Origin: a virus
Direction: 5' to 3' (one strand)
Virus genome (UHGV): UHGV-1351333
Length of the DNA stretch: 64,000 nucleotides
Below the pieces are notes generated by a model. That model did not search any database. It was not told the origin of the DNA and saw only the letters and a list, made by a program, of their open reading frames with translations. This document shows, piece by piece, positions 62,485 through 64,000 of the stretch (position 1 is the stretch's first letter; the number at the start of each line of letters is the position of its first letter). The position numbers were made by a program, and so were the translations under genes.

Positions 62485-63219
62485 ATGCACTGCATTATTC
62501 CGCTGAAAGCCCGCTCCGTGCGTTGTCCGGGAAAGAATTTCAGAACCTGCAACCCGTATCTTTCCGGGGGCCTGTTCTCTTTGTGGGAGGTGACGGCCAG
62601 ATACATCAGGGCGGAGGGCTGGGAGCCGGTCATCTCCTGTGACAGCCCGGAACTGCTGCGCGGCATTGCCCGGCGCGGATATGAACGCACCGTCTTATGG
62701 CGCCCTGACCCGGAATCCCCCTACATGCAGGGACACATCAGCCAGGTTGCCTTTAATATTGAAGCCAAAGATTCAGACCTGGTTTGCATAGCCCAGGCAA
62801 CTTCCCCGGTGCGCCGCTCCGGACTGCTCCGGGCCATGTACGCCCTGATGTCTTCCGATACCGCCATTCAGGCGGCGTTCACAGCGGAACGCCTGAAAAT
62901 CTGCGGCGTCCTGAACGGCGCAGTTTTCGGTCAGGATGAAAGCCAGTCCGCCCGGCACTGGTACGACCATTATGACGGGGGGCTTCTCCTGCTGCGCTAC
63001 GGAACCCTGAAACGCTGCCCTGCCCGGACGGTCGTGCATCCTGGGCTGCTGTCCGGCTCCGGCGACCGGGTGGCCGTGTTTTACCAGTTTTTGCCCTGGT
63101 CATTTCAAATTGACACGGAAGACGACTATTCCTTTTATCTGCAAATGCGTCCTGACGGGAATGAAAGCCCCCCCCTTTCCCGGACGGCCGAACACCCGTA
63201 CCGGATATACCCGGACTGA
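62485..63219 (+). CDS. Cytidylyltransferase (CMP-ulosonic/nonulosonic acid synthetase-like, CTP_transf_3)
   Basis: MHCIIPLKARSVRCPGKNF parallels IIPAR.GSKG...KN of KdsB/NeuA-type enzymes. AQATSPVRR parallels LQPTSPLR. A C8 tract lies 7 nt upstream of the ATG. Confidence 0.6.
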   Translation: MHCIIPLKARSVRCPGKNFRTCNPYLSGGLFSLWEVTARYIRAEGWEPVISCDSPELLRGIARRGYERTVLWRPDPESPYMQGHISQVAFNIEAKDSDLVCIAQATSPVRRSGLLRAMYALMSSDTAIQAAFTAERLKICGVLNGAVFGQDESQSARHWYDHYDGGLLLLRYGTLKRCPARTVVHPGLLSGSGDRVAVFYQFLPWSFQIDTEDDYSFYLQMRPDGNESPPLSRTAEHPYRIYPD

Positions 63220-63224
63220 CCAAT

Positions 63225-63824
63225 ATGATTGTGCTGATAGGCAACGCCCAGGAATCCGAGCACCGGCTTAACGACTGCTCCGCCATAATTGATTCCGGCA
63301 AGCCCCGGCTGGTGGTGAGGGTGTCGAAAATGTGCAACTACGATTCCGGGAAAACCGGAACGCGTTGTGACTGGGTATTCCTCAACCCCAATCCCGCCTA
63401 CTGGACATTCCCGCCGGAGCGCCGCCATTGGGGCGTCCTCGCCGGCGCCAGTAAAATCATCATCACGTACCCGCCGCCCGGAACCATGAAAGACGGGCCC
63501 TGCATCCCTCCGTACTGGCGCGGGGAAGAGTACCGTTTCCTGCACCAGCACCCCTTTCTGGAATATTTGCCGGAACCGGTATTCCGGGAAGGAATGTCCC
63601 GGCGGTTTACGACATTCGCCTTTGCCCTGTGGGTGCTTTCGCGGCGTTTCCCGCACGAACAGATAGCCTTGCACGGATGCATCACCTCACAGGACGTCTG
63701 GCGCCGCGTCCGCTGGTGTCCCTGGCATAATGGCGTCGGAGAGTTTGCATTGTACGCCGACCTGTTCCGGAACGGTCGGATTTTCAGACTGGACGGCGAT
63801 GAATTATGCTTTGATGACTGCTGA
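63225..63824 (+). CDS. Hypothetical protein (possible partner of cytidylyltransferase)
   Basis: 199 aa, Trp/Pro-rich. Starts 6 nt after the cytidylyltransferase gene. Confidence 0.4.
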   Translation: MIVLIGNAQESEHRLNDCSAIIDSGKPRLVVRVSKMCNYDSGKTGTRCDWVFLNPNPAYWTFPPERRHWGVLAGASKIIITYPPPGTMKDGPCIPPYWRGEEYRFLHQHPFLEYLPEPVFREGMSRRFTTFAFALWVLSRRFPHEQIALHGCITSQDVWRRVRWCPWHNGVGEFALYADLFRNGRIFRLDGDELCFDDC

Positions 63825-63922
63825 TAACTGTACGAAAAAATCGTACAGTTGATATTCCTCCCATCAGGCCCTGCCCGGAAGCGCTTACCGGCAGGGCCGC
63901 AATATATCTTGTCCCCCCCCAA

Positions 63923-64000
63923 TTTGCAATCATTGCAAATTTTTTTTCGTGAAAAACTCTTTTTCCTCTTGCAATTTATAAAAAACAATGCTAAATTGTT
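63923..64000 (+). promoter_or_regulatory. Conserved promoter-leader element (truncated by window end)
   Basis: C8 tract then TTTGCAATCATTGCAAA...TCTTGCAATTTATAAAAAACAATGCTAAATTGTT. Confidence 0.65.

Noticed and set aside
1-64000. Integrase, repressor or other lysogeny genes, attP
   Set aside because: No tyrosine/serine recombinase motifs or CI-like repressor were recognised in any frame. The twin hairpins at 24926-24972 were considered as an attP core but have no adjacent integrase.

Overview
The window is a tailed dsDNA phage genome segment of about 55% GC, with almost all genes on the + strand. It carries four functional blocks.

- **Morphogenesis block (1-19.8 kb).** A 5'-partial MuF-like head-morphogenesis gene, an HK97-type prohead protease and an HK97-fold major capsid protein. 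Then connector/gp10-like proteins, a 1056-aa tape measure protein, and an 816-aa tail fibre with two BACON-like domains joined by poly-serine linkers.
- **Lysis cassette (23.7-26.1 kb).** A candidate unimolecular spanin, then holin and a probable SAR endolysin, split by an AT-rich iteron array.
- **Replication/recombination block (26-47 kb).** AAA+ ATPase with DUF1257-like and DUF2997-like genes, DnaB-like helicase, family-A DNA polymerase, RNase H, DnaG-like primase, gp32-like SSB, SF2 helicase, RecA-like ATPase, PD-(D/E)XK nucleases and RuvC.
- **Early-region block (47-56.6 kb).** Many small genes of unknown function.

These blocks are followed by a candidate small terminase and the large terminase (56.9-59.2 kb). 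An AT-rich island of about 30% GC (59.2-61.6 kb) carries ParB-like, C5-cytosine methyltransferase and CmoA-like SAM methyltransferase genes. The window ends with a cytidylyltransferase gene.

The most unusual features are:
1. A 17-bp 7-3-7 inverted repeat TTTGCAA-N3-TTGCAAA present 19 times, always intergenic at operon starts. Ten occurrences form long conserved promoter/5'-leader elements (alone in two minus-strand copies): eight carry a 5'-leader hairpin that shows compensatory changes, and two (35644-35764 and 59220-59316) share the promoter parts with a different leader.
2. A phage-borne glycosylation toolkit (GT11 fucosyltransferase-like, two tandem GT25 genes, CMP-sugar cytidylyltransferase) alongside the Ser-linker/BACON tail fibre.
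3. A strand-biased, frame-independent, heavily over-represented motif (TCC)GGAACGGTCGG(AT).
4. An iteron array with 61-bp periodicity between the spanin and holin genes.
5. A MuF-GNAT fusion.

Promoter architecture (TTGCAAT about 18 nt upstream of a TAnnTT box), general lack of Shine-Dalgarno sequences and the BACON domains suggest a Bacteroidota-type host, though 55% GC is atypical for that group. No integrase, tRNA or CRISPR array was found.
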